From Camelus dromedarius (taxonomy: Eukaryota): a DNA stretch of 64,000 nt. Both the position numbers and the translations under genes were made by a program. This document shows, one piece after another, positions 40,761-53,900 of this stretch (position 1 is its first letter; every line of letters begins with the position of its first letter). Below the pieces are notes generated by a model. That model saw only the letters and a program-made list of their open reading frames with translations, was not told the DNA's origin and did not search any database. The stretch is from positions 2,232,001-2,296,000 of the forward strand of contig NC_087436.1 in the NCBI RefSeq assembly GCF_036321535.1, in the 5' to 3' direction.

Positions 40761-42989
40761 ATCTCTCAGAACTGAGCATGTGGAGAGACGTTCGTTCATC
40801 TAGCACAAAGGGAACGGGTTGCAGGAGAAACATTTACTCTGGTTTCTCAGTCTGTTTCCTAGTGCCGGTATGAATTTCCTGCAGTTTTCACTGTAAAACA
40901 GAGTTGGAGCTAGTACCACCCCATATATATGTATGGAGTGGAGTTTGCAACTGAAAAAAACTTTGTGTTCCCAACAAGCTAGGTGAAGGACGGCTTTCAC
41001 ACACACTTATGTCTTAGAACTGAGCATGTGGAGAGACGTTCGTTCATCTAGCACAAAGGGAACGGGTTGCAGGAGAAACTTTTACTCATTTTTCTCAGTC
41101 TGTTTCCTAGTGCCGGTTTCAAGTTCCTTCAGTTTTCACTGTAAAACCGAGTTGGAGCTAGTACCTCACCATATATACGTATGGAGTGGAGTTTGCAACT
41201 GAAAAGAAACTTTGTTTTCCCAACAAGCTAGGGGAAGGACGGCTTTCACACACACTTATCTCTCAGAACTGAGCATGTGGAGAGACGTTCGTTCATCTAG
41301 CACAAAGGGAACGGGTTGCAGGAGAAAATTTTACTCTGCTTTCTCAGTCTGTTTCCTAGTGCCGGTTTGAAGTTCCTTCACTTTTCACTGTAAAACAGAG
41401 TTGGGGCTAGAACCTCCCCATATGTATGTATGGAGTGGAGTTTGCAACTGAAAGAAACTTAGTGTTCCCAACAAGCTAGTTGAAGGACGGCTTTCACACA
41501 CACTTATCTCTCAGAACTCAGCATGTGGAGAGACGTTCGTTCTTCTAGCACAAACTGAACGGGTTGCAGGAGAAACTTTTACTCTTGTTTCTCAGTCTGT
41601 TTCCTAGTGCCGGTTTGAAGTTCCTGCAGTTTTCACTGTAAAACCGATTTCGGGCTATTACCTCCCCATATATATGTATGGAGTGGAGTTTGCAACTGAA
41701 AAGAAGCTTTGTGTTCCCAACAAGCTTGGTGAAGGACGGCTTTCACACACACTTATCTCTCACAACTGAGCATGTGGAGAGACGTTCGTTCATTTAGCAC
41801 AAAGGAACGCGTTGCAGGAGAAACTTTTACTCTGGTTTCTCAGTCTGATGCCTACTGCCGGTTTGAATTTCCTGCAGTTTTTACTGTAAAACCGAGTTGG
41901 AGCTAGTACCTCCCCATATATAAATTTGGAGGGGAGTTTGCAACTGAAAAGGAACTTTGTGTTCCCAACAAGCTAGGGGAAGGACGGCTTTCACACACAC
42001 TTATCTCTCAGAACTGAGCATGTGGAGAGACTTTCGTTCATCTAGCACAAAGGGAACGGGTTGCAGGAGAAAATTTTACTCTGGTTTCTCAGTCTGTTTC
42101 CTGTTGCCGGTTTGAAGTTCCTGCAGTTTTCACTTTAAAACAGAGTTGGGGCTAGTACATCCCCATATATATGTATGGAGTGGAGTTTGCAACTGAAAAG
42201 AAACTTTGTGTTCCCAACTAGCTAGTTGAAGGACGGCTTCCACACACACTTATCTCTCAGATCTGGGCAAGTGGAGAGACGTTCGTTCATCTAGCACAAA
42301 GGGAACGGGTTGCAGGAGAAACTTTTACTCTGGTTTCTCAGTCTGTTTCCTAGTGCCGGTTTAAAGTTCCTGCAGTTTTCTCTGTAAAACCGAGTTGGAG
42401 CTTGTACCTCACCATATATATGTATGGATTGGAGTTTGCAACTTAAAGGAACTTTGTGTTCCCAAGAAGATAGGTGAAGGACGGCTTTCACACACACTTA
42501 TCTCTCAGAACTGAGCATCTGGAGAGACTTTCGTTCATCTAGCACAAAGGGAACGGGTTGCAGGAGAAACTATTACTCTGGTTTCTCACTCTGTTTCCTA
42601 GTGCCGGTTTGAATTTCCTGCAGTTTTCACTGTAAAACAGAGTTGGAGCTTGTACCTACCCACATATATGTATGGAGTGGAGTTTGCTACTGAAAAGAAA
42701 CTTTGTGTTCCCAACAAGAGAGGTGAAGGACGGCTTTCACACACACTTATCTCTCAGAACTGAGCATGAGGAGAGACGTTCGTTCATCTAGCACAAAGGG
42801 AACGGGTTGCAGGAGAAACTTTTCTCCGGTTTCTCAGTCTGTTTCCTGTTGCCGGTTTAAAGTTCCTGCACTTTTCACTGTAAACCGAGTTGTAGCTTGT
42901 CCCTCCCCATATATATATATGGATTGGAGTATGCAACTGGAAGGAACTATGTGTTCCTAAGAACTAGGTGAAGGACGGCTTTCACACAC

Positions 42990-45900
42990 ACTTATCTCTC
43001 AGAACTGAGCATGTGGAGAGACGTTCGTTCATCTAGCACAAAGGGAACGGGTTGCAGGAGAAACTTTTACTCATTTTTCTCAGTCTGTTTCCTAGTGCCG
43101 TTTTGAATTTCCTTCAGTTTTCACTGTAAAACCGAGTTGGAGCTAGTACCTCACCATATATACGTATGGAGTGGAGTTTGCACCTGAAAAGAAACTTTGT
43201 TTTCCCAACAAGCTAGGGGAAGGACGGCTTTCACACACACTTATCTCTCAGAACTGAGCATGTGGAGAGACGTTCGTTCATCTAGCACAAAGGGAACGGG
43301 TTGCAGGAGAAAATTTTACTCTGGTTTCTCAGTCTATTTCCTAGTGCCGGTTTGAAGTTCCTGCAGTTTTCACTGTAAAACAGAGTTGGGGCTAGAACCT
43401 CCCCATATATATGTATGGAGTGGAGTTTGCAACTGAAAAGAAACTTAGTGTTCCCAACAAGCTAGGTGAAGGACGGCTTTCACACACACTTATCTCTCAG
43501 AACTCAGCATGTGGAGAGACGTTCGTTCTTCTAGCACAAACTGAACGGGTTGCAGGAGAAACTTTTACTCTGGTTTCTCAGTCTGTTTCCTAGTGCCGGT
43601 TTTAAGTTCCTGCAGTTTTCACTGTAAAACCGATTTCGGGCTTGTACCTCCCCATATATATGTATGGAGTGGAGTTTGCAACTGAAAAGAAACTTTGTGT
43701 TCCCAACAAGCTAGGTGAAGGACGGCTTTAATACACACTTATCTCTCAGAACTGAGCATGTGGAGAGACGTTCGTTCATCTAGCACAAAGGGAACGGGAG
43801 GCAGGAGAAACTTTTACTCTGGTTTCTCAGTCTGTTTCCTAGTGCCGGTTTGAAGTTCCTAGAAGTTTTCACTGTAAAACAGAGTTGGGGCTACTACCTC
43901 CCCTTATATATGTATGGAGTGGAGTTTGCAACTGAAAAGAAACTTTGTGTTCCCAACAAGCTAGGTGAAGGACGGCTTTCACACTCATTTATCTCTCAGA
44001 ATTGGACAAGTGGAGAGACGTTCGTTCATCTAGCACAAAGGGAACGGGTTGCAGGAGAAACATTTTCTCTGGTTTCTCAGTCTGTTTCCTGTTGCCGGTA
44101 TAAAGTTCCTGCAGTTTTCACTGTAAAACCGAGTTGGAGCTTGTACCTCACCATATATATGTATGGATTGGAGTTTGCAACTTAAAGGAACTTTGTGATC
44201 CCAAGAAGCTAGGTGAAGGACGGCTTTCACACACACTTATCTCTCAGAACTGAGCATGTGGAGAGACGTTCGTTCATCTAGCACAAAGGGAAAGGTTGCA
44301 GGAGAAACTTTTACTCTGGTTTCTCAGTCTGTTTCCTAGTGCCGTTTTGAATTTGCTGCAGTTTTCACTGTAAAACCGAGTTGGAGCTAGTACCTACACA
44401 TATATATGTATGGAGTGGAGTTTGCAACTGAAAAGAAACTTTGTGTTCCCAACAAGATAGGTGAAGGACGGCTTTCACACACACTTATCTCTCAGAACTG
44501 AGCATGTGGAGAGACTTTCGTTCATCTAGCACAAAGGGAACGGTTTGCAGGAGAAACTTTTACTCATTTTTCTCAGTCTGTTTCCTAGTGCCGGTTTGAA
44601 GTTCCTGCAGTTTTCACTGTAAAACCGAGTTGGAGCTAGTACCTCCCCATATATATGTAAGGATTGCAGTTTGCAACTGAAAAGAAACTTTGTGTTCCCA
44701 ACAAGCTAGGGGAAGGACGGCTTTCACACACACTTATCTCTCAGAATTGAGCATGTTTAGAGACGTTCGTTCATGTAGCACAAAAGGAACGGGTTGCAGG
44801 AGAAAATTTTACTCTGGTTTCTCAGTCTGTTTCCTAGTGCCGGTTTGAAGTTCCTGCAGTTTTCACTGTAAAACAGAGTTGGGGCTAGTACCTCCCCATA
44901 TATATGTATGGAGTGGATTTTGCAACTGAAAAGAAACTTTGTGTTCCCAACAAGCTAGGTGAAGGACGGCTTTCACACACACTTATCGCTCAGAACTGAG
45001 CATGTGGAGAGACGTTCGTTAAACTAGCACAAAGTGAACGGGTGGCAGGAGAAACTTTTACTCTGCTTTCTCAGTCTGTTTCCTAGTGCCTGTTTGAAGT
45101 TCCTACAGTTTTCACTGTAAATTCGAGTTGGGGCTACTACCTCCCCATATATATGTATGGAGTAGAGTTTGCAACTAAAAAGAATCTTTGTATTCCCAAC
45201 AAGCTATGTGAAGGACGGCTTTCACACACACTTATCTCTCAGATCTGGTCTAGTGGAGAGACGTTCGTTCAACTAGCACAAAGGGAACGGGTTGCTGGAG
45301 AAACTTTTAATCATTTTTCTCAGTCTGTTTCCTAGTGCCGGTTTGAAGTTCCTGCAGTTTTCACTGTAAAACCGAGTTGGAGCTAGTACCTCCCCATATA
45401 TATGTATGGAGTGGAGTTTGCAACTGGAAAGAAACTTTGTGTTCCCAACAAGCTAGGGGAAGGACGGCTTTCACACACACTTATTTCTCAGAACTTAGCA
45501 TGTGGAGAGACTTTCGTTCATCTAGCACAAAGGGAACGGGTTGCAGGAGAAAATTTTACTCTGGTTTCTCAGTGTGTTTCCTAGTGCCGGGTTGAAGTTC
45601 CTGCAGTTTTCACTGTAAAACAGAGTTGGGGCTTGTACCACCCCATATATATGTATGGAGTGGAGTTTGCAACTGAAAAGAAACTTTGTGTTCCCAACAA
45701 GCAAGGTGAAGGACGGCTTTCACACACACTTATCTCTCAGAACTGAGCATGTGGAGAGACGTTCGTTCATCTAGCACAAAGGAACGGGTTGCAGGAGAAA
45801 ATTTTACTCTGGTTTCTCAGTCTGTTTCCTACTGCCGGGTTGAAGTTCCTGCAGTTTTCACTGTAAAACCGAGTTGGGGCTAGTACCTACCGATATATAT

Positions 45901-48900
45901 GTATGGAGTGGAGTATGCAACTGAAAAGAAACTTTGTGTTCCCAACAAGCTAGTTGAAGGACGGCTTTCACACACACTTAACACTCAGAACTTAGCATGT
46001 GGAGAGACGTTCGTTCATCTAGCACAAAGGGAACGGGAGGCAGGAGAAACTTTTACTCTGGTTTCTCAGTCTGTTTCCTAGTGCTGGTTTGAAGTTCCTG
46101 CAGTTTTCATTGTAAAACAGTGTTGGGGCTACTACCTCCCCTTATATATGTATGGAGTGGAGTTTGCAACTGAAAAGAAACTTTGTGCTCAGAACAAGCT
46201 AGGTGAAGGACGGCTTTCACACTCACTTATCTCTCAGATCTGGACAAATGGAGAGACGTTCGTTCATCTAGCACAAAGGGAACGGGTTGCAGGAGAAAAT
46301 TTTCTCTGGTTTGTCAGTCTGTTTCCTGTTGCCGGTTTGAAGTTCCTGCAGTTTTCACTGTAAAACCGAGTTGGAGCTAGTACGTCCCCATATATATGTA
46401 TGGAGTGGAGTTTCAACTGAAAAGAAACTTTGTGTTCCCAAGAAGCTATGAGAAGGACGGCTTTCACACACACTTATCTCTCAGAACTGAGCATGTGGAG
46501 ACTTTCGTTCAGTTAGCACAAAAGGAACGGGTGGCAGGAGAAATTTTACTCTGGTTTCTCAGTCTGTTTCCTAGTGCCGGTTAGAAGTTCCTGCAGTTTT
46601 CACTGTAAAACCGATTTTGGGCTACTACCTCCCCATATATATGTATGGAGTGGAGTTTGCAACTGAAAAGAATCTTTGTGTTCCCAACAAGCTAGGTGAA
46701 GTACGGCTTTCACACACACGTATATCTCAGATCTGGGCAAGTGGAGAGACGTTCATTCATCTAGCAGAAAAGGAACGGTTTGCAGGAGAAACTTTTTCTC
46801 TGGTGTCTCAGTCTGTTTCCTGTTGCCGGTTTAAAGTTCCTGCAGTTATCACTGTAAAACCGAGTTGCAGCTTGTCCCTCCCCATATATATGTATGGATT
46901 GGAGTTTGCAACTGAAAGGAACTTTGTGTTCCAAGGAAGCTAGGTGAAGGACGGCTTTCACACACACTTAACACTCAGAACTGAGCATGTGGAGAGACGT
47001 TCGTTCATCTAGCACAAAGGGAACGGGTTGCAGGAGAAACTTTTACTCATTTTTCTCAGTCTGTTTCCTAGTGCCGTTTTGAATTTCCTTCAGTTTTCAC
47101 TGTAAAACCGAGTTGGAGCTAGTACCTCACCATATATACGTATGGAGTGGAGTTTGCACCTGAAAAGAAACTTTGTTTTCCCAACAAGCTAGGGGAAGGA
47201 CGGCTTTCACACACACTTATCTCTCAGAACTGAGCATGTGGAGAGACGTTCGTTCATCTAGCACAAAGGGAACGGGTTGCAGGAGAAAATTTTACTCTGG
47301 TTTCTCAGTCTATTTCCTAGTGCCGGTTTGAAGTTCCTGCAGTTTTCACTGTAAAACAGAGTTGGGGCTAGAACCTCCCCATATATATGTATGGAGTGGA
47401 GTTTGCAACTGAAAAGAAACTTAGTGTTCCCAACAAGCTAGGTGAAGGACGGCTTTCACACACACTTATCTCTCAGAACTCAGCATGTGGAGAGACGTTC
47501 GTTCTTCTAGCACAAACTGAACGGGTTGCAGGAGAAACTTTTACTCTGGTTTCTCAGTCTGTTTCCTAGTGCCGGTTTTAAGTTCCTGCAGTTTTCACTG
47601 TAAAACCGATTTCGGGCTTGTACCTCCCCATATATATGTATGGAGTGGAGTTTGCAACTGAAAAGAAACTTTGTGTTCCCAACAAGCTAGGTGAAGGACG
47701 GCTTTAATACACACTTATCTCTCAGAACTGAGCATGTGGAGAGACGTTCGTTCATCTAGCACAAAGGGAACGGGAGGCAGGAGAAACTTTTACTCTGGTT
47801 TCTCAGTCTGTTTCCTAGTGCCGGTTTGAAGTTCCTAGAAGTTTTCACTGTAAAACAGAGTTGGGGCTACTACCTCCCCTTATATATGTATGGAGTGGAG
47901 TTTGCAACTGAAAAGAAACTTTGTGTTCCCAACAAGCTAGGTGAAGGACGGCTTTCACACTCATTTATCTCTCAGAATTGGACAAGTGGAGAGACGTTCG
48001 TTCATCTAGCACAAAGGGAACGGGTTGCAGGAGAAACATTTTCTCTGGTTTCTCAGTCTGTTTCCTGTTGCCGGTATAAAGTTCCTGCAGTTTTCACTGT
48101 AAAACCGAGTTGGAGCTTGTACCTCACCATATATATGTATGGATTGGAGTTTGCAACTTAAAGGAACTTTGTGATCCCAAGAAGCTAGGTGAAGGACGGC
48201 TTTCACACACACTTATCTCTCAGAACTGAGCATGTGGAGAGACGTTCGTTCATCTAGCACAAAGGGAAAGGTTGCAGGAGAAACTTTTACTCTGGTTTCT
48301 CAGTCTGTTTCCTAGTGCCGTTTTGAATTTGCTGCAGTTTTCACTGTAAAACCGAGTTGGAGCTAGTACCTACACATATATATGTATGGAGTGGAGTTTG
48401 CAACTGAAAAGAATCTTTGTGTTCCCAACAAGATAGGTGAAGGACGGCTTTCACACACACTTATCTCTCAGAACTGAGCATGTGGAGAGACTTTCGTTCA
48501 TCTAGCACAAAGGGAACGGTTTGCAGGAGAAACTTTTACTCATTTTTCTCAGTCTGTTTCCTAGTGCCGGTTTGAAGTTCCTGCAGTTTTCACTGTAAAA
48601 CCGAGTTGGAGCTAGTACCTCCCCATATATATATAAGGATTGCAGTTTGCAACTGAAAAGAAACTTTGTGTTCCCAACAAGCTAGGGGAAGGACGGCTTT
48701 CACACACACTTATCTCTCAGAATTGAGCATGTTTAGAGACGTTCGTTCATGTAGCACAAAAGGAACGGGTTGCAGGAGAAAATTTTACTCTGGTTTCTCA
48801 GTCTGTTTCCTAGTGCCGGTTTGAAGTTCCTGCAGTTTTCACTGTAAAACAGAGTTGGGGCTAGTACCTCCCCATATATATGTATGGAGTGGATTTTGCA

Positions 48901-50940
48901 ACTGAAAAGAAACTTTGTGTTCCCAACAAGCTAGGTGAAGGACGGCTTTCACACACACTTATCGCTCAGAACTGAGCATGTGGAGAGACGTTCGTTAAAC
49001 TAGCACAAAGTGAACGGGTGGCAGGGGAAACTTTTACTCTGCTTTCTCAGTCTGTTTCCTAGTGCCTGTTTGAAGTTCCTACAGTTTTCACTGTAAATTC
49101 GAGTTGGGGCTACTACCTCCCCATATATATGTATGGAGTAGAGTTTGCAACTAAAAAGAATCTTTGTATTCCCAACAAGCTATGTGAAGGACGGCTTTCA
49201 CACACACTTATCTCTCAGATCTGGTCTAGTGGAGAGACGTTCGTTCAACTAGCACAAAGGGAACGGGTTGCTGGAGAAACTTTTAATCATTTTTCTCAGT
49301 CTGTTTCCTAGTGCCGGTTTGAAGTTCCTGCAGTTTTCACTGTAAAACCGAGTTGGAGCTAGTACCTCCCCATATATATGTATGGAGTGGAGTTTGCAAC
49401 TGGAAAGAAACTTTGTGTTCCCAACAAGCTAGGGGAAGGACGGCTTTCACACACACTTATTTCTCAGAACTTAGCATGTGGAGAGACTTTCGTTCATCTA
49501 GCACAAAGGGAACGGGTTGCAGGAGAAAATTTTACTCTGGTTTCTCAGTGTGTTTCCTAGTGCCGGGTTGAAGTTCCTGCAGTTTTCACTGTAAAACAGA
49601 GTTGGGGCTTGTACCACCCCATATATATGTATGGAGTGGAGTTTGCAACTGAAAAGAAACTTTGTGTTCCCAACAAGCAAGGTGAAGGACGGCTTTCACA
49701 CACACTTATCTCTCAGAACTGAGCATGTGGAGAGACGTTCGTTCATCTAGCACAAAGGAACGGGTTGCAGGAGAAAATTTTACTCTGGTTTCTCAGTCTG
49801 TTTCCTACTGCCGGGTTGAAGTTCCTGCAGTTTTCACTGTAAAACCGAGTTGGGGCTAGTACCTACCGATATATATGTATGGAGTGGAGTATGCAACTGA
49901 AAAGAAACTTTGTGTTCCCAACAAGCTAGTTGAAGGACGGCTTTCACACACACTTAACACTCAGAACTTAGCATGTGGAGAGACGTTCGTTCATCTAGCA
50001 CAAAGGGAACGGGAGGCAGGAGAAACTTTTACTCTGGTTTCTCAGTCTGTTTCCTAGTGCTGGTTTGAAGTTCCTGCAGTTTTCATTGTAAAACAGTGTT
50101 GGGGCTACTACCTCCCCTTATATATGTATGGAGTGGAGTTTGCAACTGAAAAGAAACTTTGTGCTCCCAACAAGCTAGGTGAAGGACGGCTTTCACACTC
50201 ACTTATCTCTCAGATCTGGACAAATGGAGAGACGTTCGTTCATCTAGCACAAAGGGAACGGGTTGCAGGAGAAAATTTTCTCTGGTTTGTCAGTCTGTTT
50301 CCTGTTGCCGGTTTGAAGTTCCTGCAGTTTTCACTGTAAAACCGAGTTGGAGCTAGTACGTCCCCATATATATGTATGGAGTGGAGTTTCAACTGAAAAG
50401 AAACTTTGTGTTCCCAAGAAGCTATGAGAAGGACGGCTTTCACACACACTTATCTCTCAGAACTGAGCATGTGGAGACTTTCGTTCATTTAGCACAAAAG
50501 GAACGGGTGGCAGGAGAAATTTTACTCTGGTTTCTCAGTCTGTTTCCTAGTGCCGGTTAGAAGTTCCTGCAGTTTTCACTGTAAAACCGATTTTGGGCTA
50601 CTACCTCCCCATATATATGTATGGAGTGGAGTTTGCAACTGAAAAGAATCTTTGTGTTCCCAACAAGCTAGGTGAAGTACGGCTTTCACACACACGTATA
50701 TCTCAGATCTGGGCAAGTGGAGAGACGTTCATTCATCTAGCAGAAAAGGAACGGTTTGCAGGAGAAACTTTTTCTCTGGTGTCTCAGTCTGTTTCCTGTT
50801 GCCGGTTTAAAGTTCCTGCAGTTATCACTGTAAAACCGAGTTGCAGCTTGTCCCTCCCCATATATATGTATGGATTGGAGTTTGCAACTGAAAGGAACTT
50901 TGTGTTCCAAGGAAGCTAGGTGAAGGACGGCTTTCACACA
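42990..50940. repeat. Tandem duplication of a 16-monomer block (period 3976 bp)
   Basis: ORF pairs 43411/47387, 43850/47826, 45153/49129 and 46617/50593 are all offset by 3976. Rare variants TTTGCACCTG and AGTCTATTTC are in both copies. Confidence 0.92.
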
Positions 50941-53900
50941 CACTTATCTCTCAGAACTCAGCATGTGGAGAGACATTCATTCATCTAGCACAAAGGGTAT
51001 GGTTTGCCTGAGAAATTTTTCTCCGGTTTCTCAGTCTGTTTCCTGTTGCCGGTTTAAAGTTCCTTCAGATTTCACTGTAAAACCGAGTTTGAGCTAGTAC
51101 CTACCCATATATATGTATGGATTGGATTTTGCAACTGAAAAGAAACTTTGTGTTCCCAACAAGCTAGGGGAAGGACGGCTTTCACACACACTTATCTCTC
51201 AGATCGGAGCAAGTGGAGAGACGTTCGTTCATCTAGCACAAAGGAACGGGTTGCAGGAGAAAATTTTACTCTGGATTCTCAGTCTGTTTCCTAGTGCCGG
51301 TTTGAAGTTCCTGCAGTTTTCACTGTAAAACCGAGTTGGGGCTAGTACCTCCCGATATATATGTATGGAGTGGAGTTTGCAACTGAAAAGAAACTTTGTG
51401 TTCCCAACAAGCTAGGTGAAGGACGGCTTTCACACACACTTAACACTCAGAACTGAGCATGTGGAGAGACGTTCGTTCATCTAGCACAAAGGGAACGGGT
51501 TGCAGGAGAAACTTTTCTCTGGTTTCTCAGTCTGTTTCCTGTTGCCGGTTTGAAGTTCCTGCAGTTTTCACTGTAAAACCGAGTTGGAGCTAGTACGTCC
51601 CCATATATATGTATGGAGTGGAGTTTCAACTGAAAAGAAACTTTGTGTTCCCAAGAAGCTAGGAGAAGGACGGCTTTCACACACACTTATCTCTCAGAAC
51701 TGAGCATGTGGAGAGACTTTCGTTCATTTAGCACAAAGGGAACGGGTGGCAGGAGAAATTTTACTCTGGTTTCTCAGTCTGTTTCCTAGTGCCGGTTAGA
51801 AGTTCCTGCAGTTTTCACTGTAAAACCGATTTTGGGCTACTACCTCCCCATATATATGTATGGAGTGGAGTTTGCAACTGAAAAGAATCTTTGTGTTCCC
51901 AACAAGCTAGGTGAAGGACGGCTTTCACACACACGTATATCTCAGATCTGCGCAAGTGGAGAGACGTTCGTTCATCTAGCAGAAAGGGAACGGGTTGCAG
52001 GAGAAACATTTTCTCTGGTGTCTCAGTCTGTTTCCTGTTGCCGGTTTAAAGTTCCTGCAGTTATCACTGTAAAACCGAGTTGCAGCTGGTCCCTCCCCAT
52101 ATATATGTATGGATTGGAGTTTGCAACTGAAAGGAACTTCGTGTTCACAAGATGCTAGGTGAAGGACGGCTTTCACACACACTTTTCTCTCAGAACTCAG
52201 CATGTGGAGAGACGTTCGTTCTTCTAGCACAAACTGAACGGGTTGCAGGAGAAACTTTTACTCTGGTTTCTCAGTCTGTTTCCTAGTGCCGGTTTTAAGT
52301 TCCTGCAGTTTTCACTGTAAAACCGATTTCGGGCTTGTACCTCCCCATATATATGTATGGAGTGGAGTTTGCAACTGAAAAGAAACTTTGTGTTCCCAAC
52401 AAGCTAGGTGAAGGACGGCTTTAATACACACTTATCTCTCAGAACTGAGCATGTGGAGAGACGTTCGTTCATCTAGCACAAAGGGAACGGGAGGCAGGAG
52501 AAACTTTTACTCTGGTTTCTCAGTCTGTTTCCTAGTGCCGGTTTGAAGTTCCTAGAAGTTTTCACTGTAAAACAGAGTTGGGGCTACTACCTCCCCTTAT
52601 ATATGTATGGAGTGGAGTTTGCAACTGAAAAGAAACTTTGTGTTCCCAACAAGCTAGGTGAAGGACGGCTTTCACACTCATTTATCTCTCAGAATTGGAC
52701 AAGTGGAGAGACGTTCGTTCATCTAGCACAAAGGGAACGGGTTGCAGGAGAAACATTTTCTCTGGTTTCTCAGTCTGTTTCCTGTTGCCGGTATAAAGTT
52801 CCTGCAGTTTTCACTGTAAAACCGAGTTGGAGCTTGTACCTCACCATATATATGTATGGATTGGAGTTTGCAACTTAAAGGAACTTTGTGATCCCAAGAA
52901 GCTAGGTGAAGGACGGCTTTCACACACACTTATCTCTCAGAACTGAGCATGTGGAGAGACGTTCGTTCATCTAGCACAAAGGGAAAGGTTGCAGGAGAAA
53001 CTTTTACTCTGGTTTCTCAGTCTGTTTCCTAGTGCCGTTTTGAATTTGCTGCAGTTTTCACTGTAAAACCGAGTTGGAGCTAGTACCTACACATATATAT
53101 GTATGGAGTGGAGTTTGCAACTGAAAAGAATCTTTGTGTTCCCAACAAGATAGGTGAAGGACGGCTTTCACACACACTTATCTCTCAGAACTGAGCATGT
53201 GGAGAGACTTTCGTTCATCTAGCACAAAGGGAACGGTTTGCAGGAGAAACTTTTATTCATTTTTCTCAGTCTGTTTCCTAGTGCCGGTTTGAAGTTCCTG
53301 CAGTTTTCACTGTAAAACCGAGTTGGAGCTAGTACCTCCCCATATATATATAAGGATTGCAGTTTGCAACTGAAAAGAAACTTTGTGTTCCCAACAAGCT
53401 AGGGGAAGGACGGCTTTCACACACACTTATCTCTCAGAATTGAGCATGTTTAGAGACGTTCGTTCATGTAGCACAAAAGGAACGGGTTGCAGGAGAAAAT
53501 TTTACTCTGGTTTCTCAGTCTGTTTCCTAGTGCCGGTTTGAAGTTCCTGCAGTTTTCACTGTAAAACAGAGTTGGGGCTAGTACCTCCCCATATATATGT
53601 ATGGAGTGGATTTTGCAACTGAAAAGAAACTTTGTGTTCCCAACAAGCTAGGTGAAGGACGGCTTTCACACACACTTATCGCTCAGAACTGAGCATGTGG
53701 AGAGACGTTCGTTAAACTAGCACAAAGTGAACGGGTGGCAGGGGAAACTTTTACTCTGCTTTCTCAGTCTGTTTCCTAGTGCCTGTTTGAAGTTCCTACA
53801 GTTTTCACTGTAAATTCGAGTTGGGGCTACTACCTCCCCATATATATGTATGGAGTAGAGTTTGCAACTAAAAAGAATCTTTGTATTCCCAACAAGCTAT

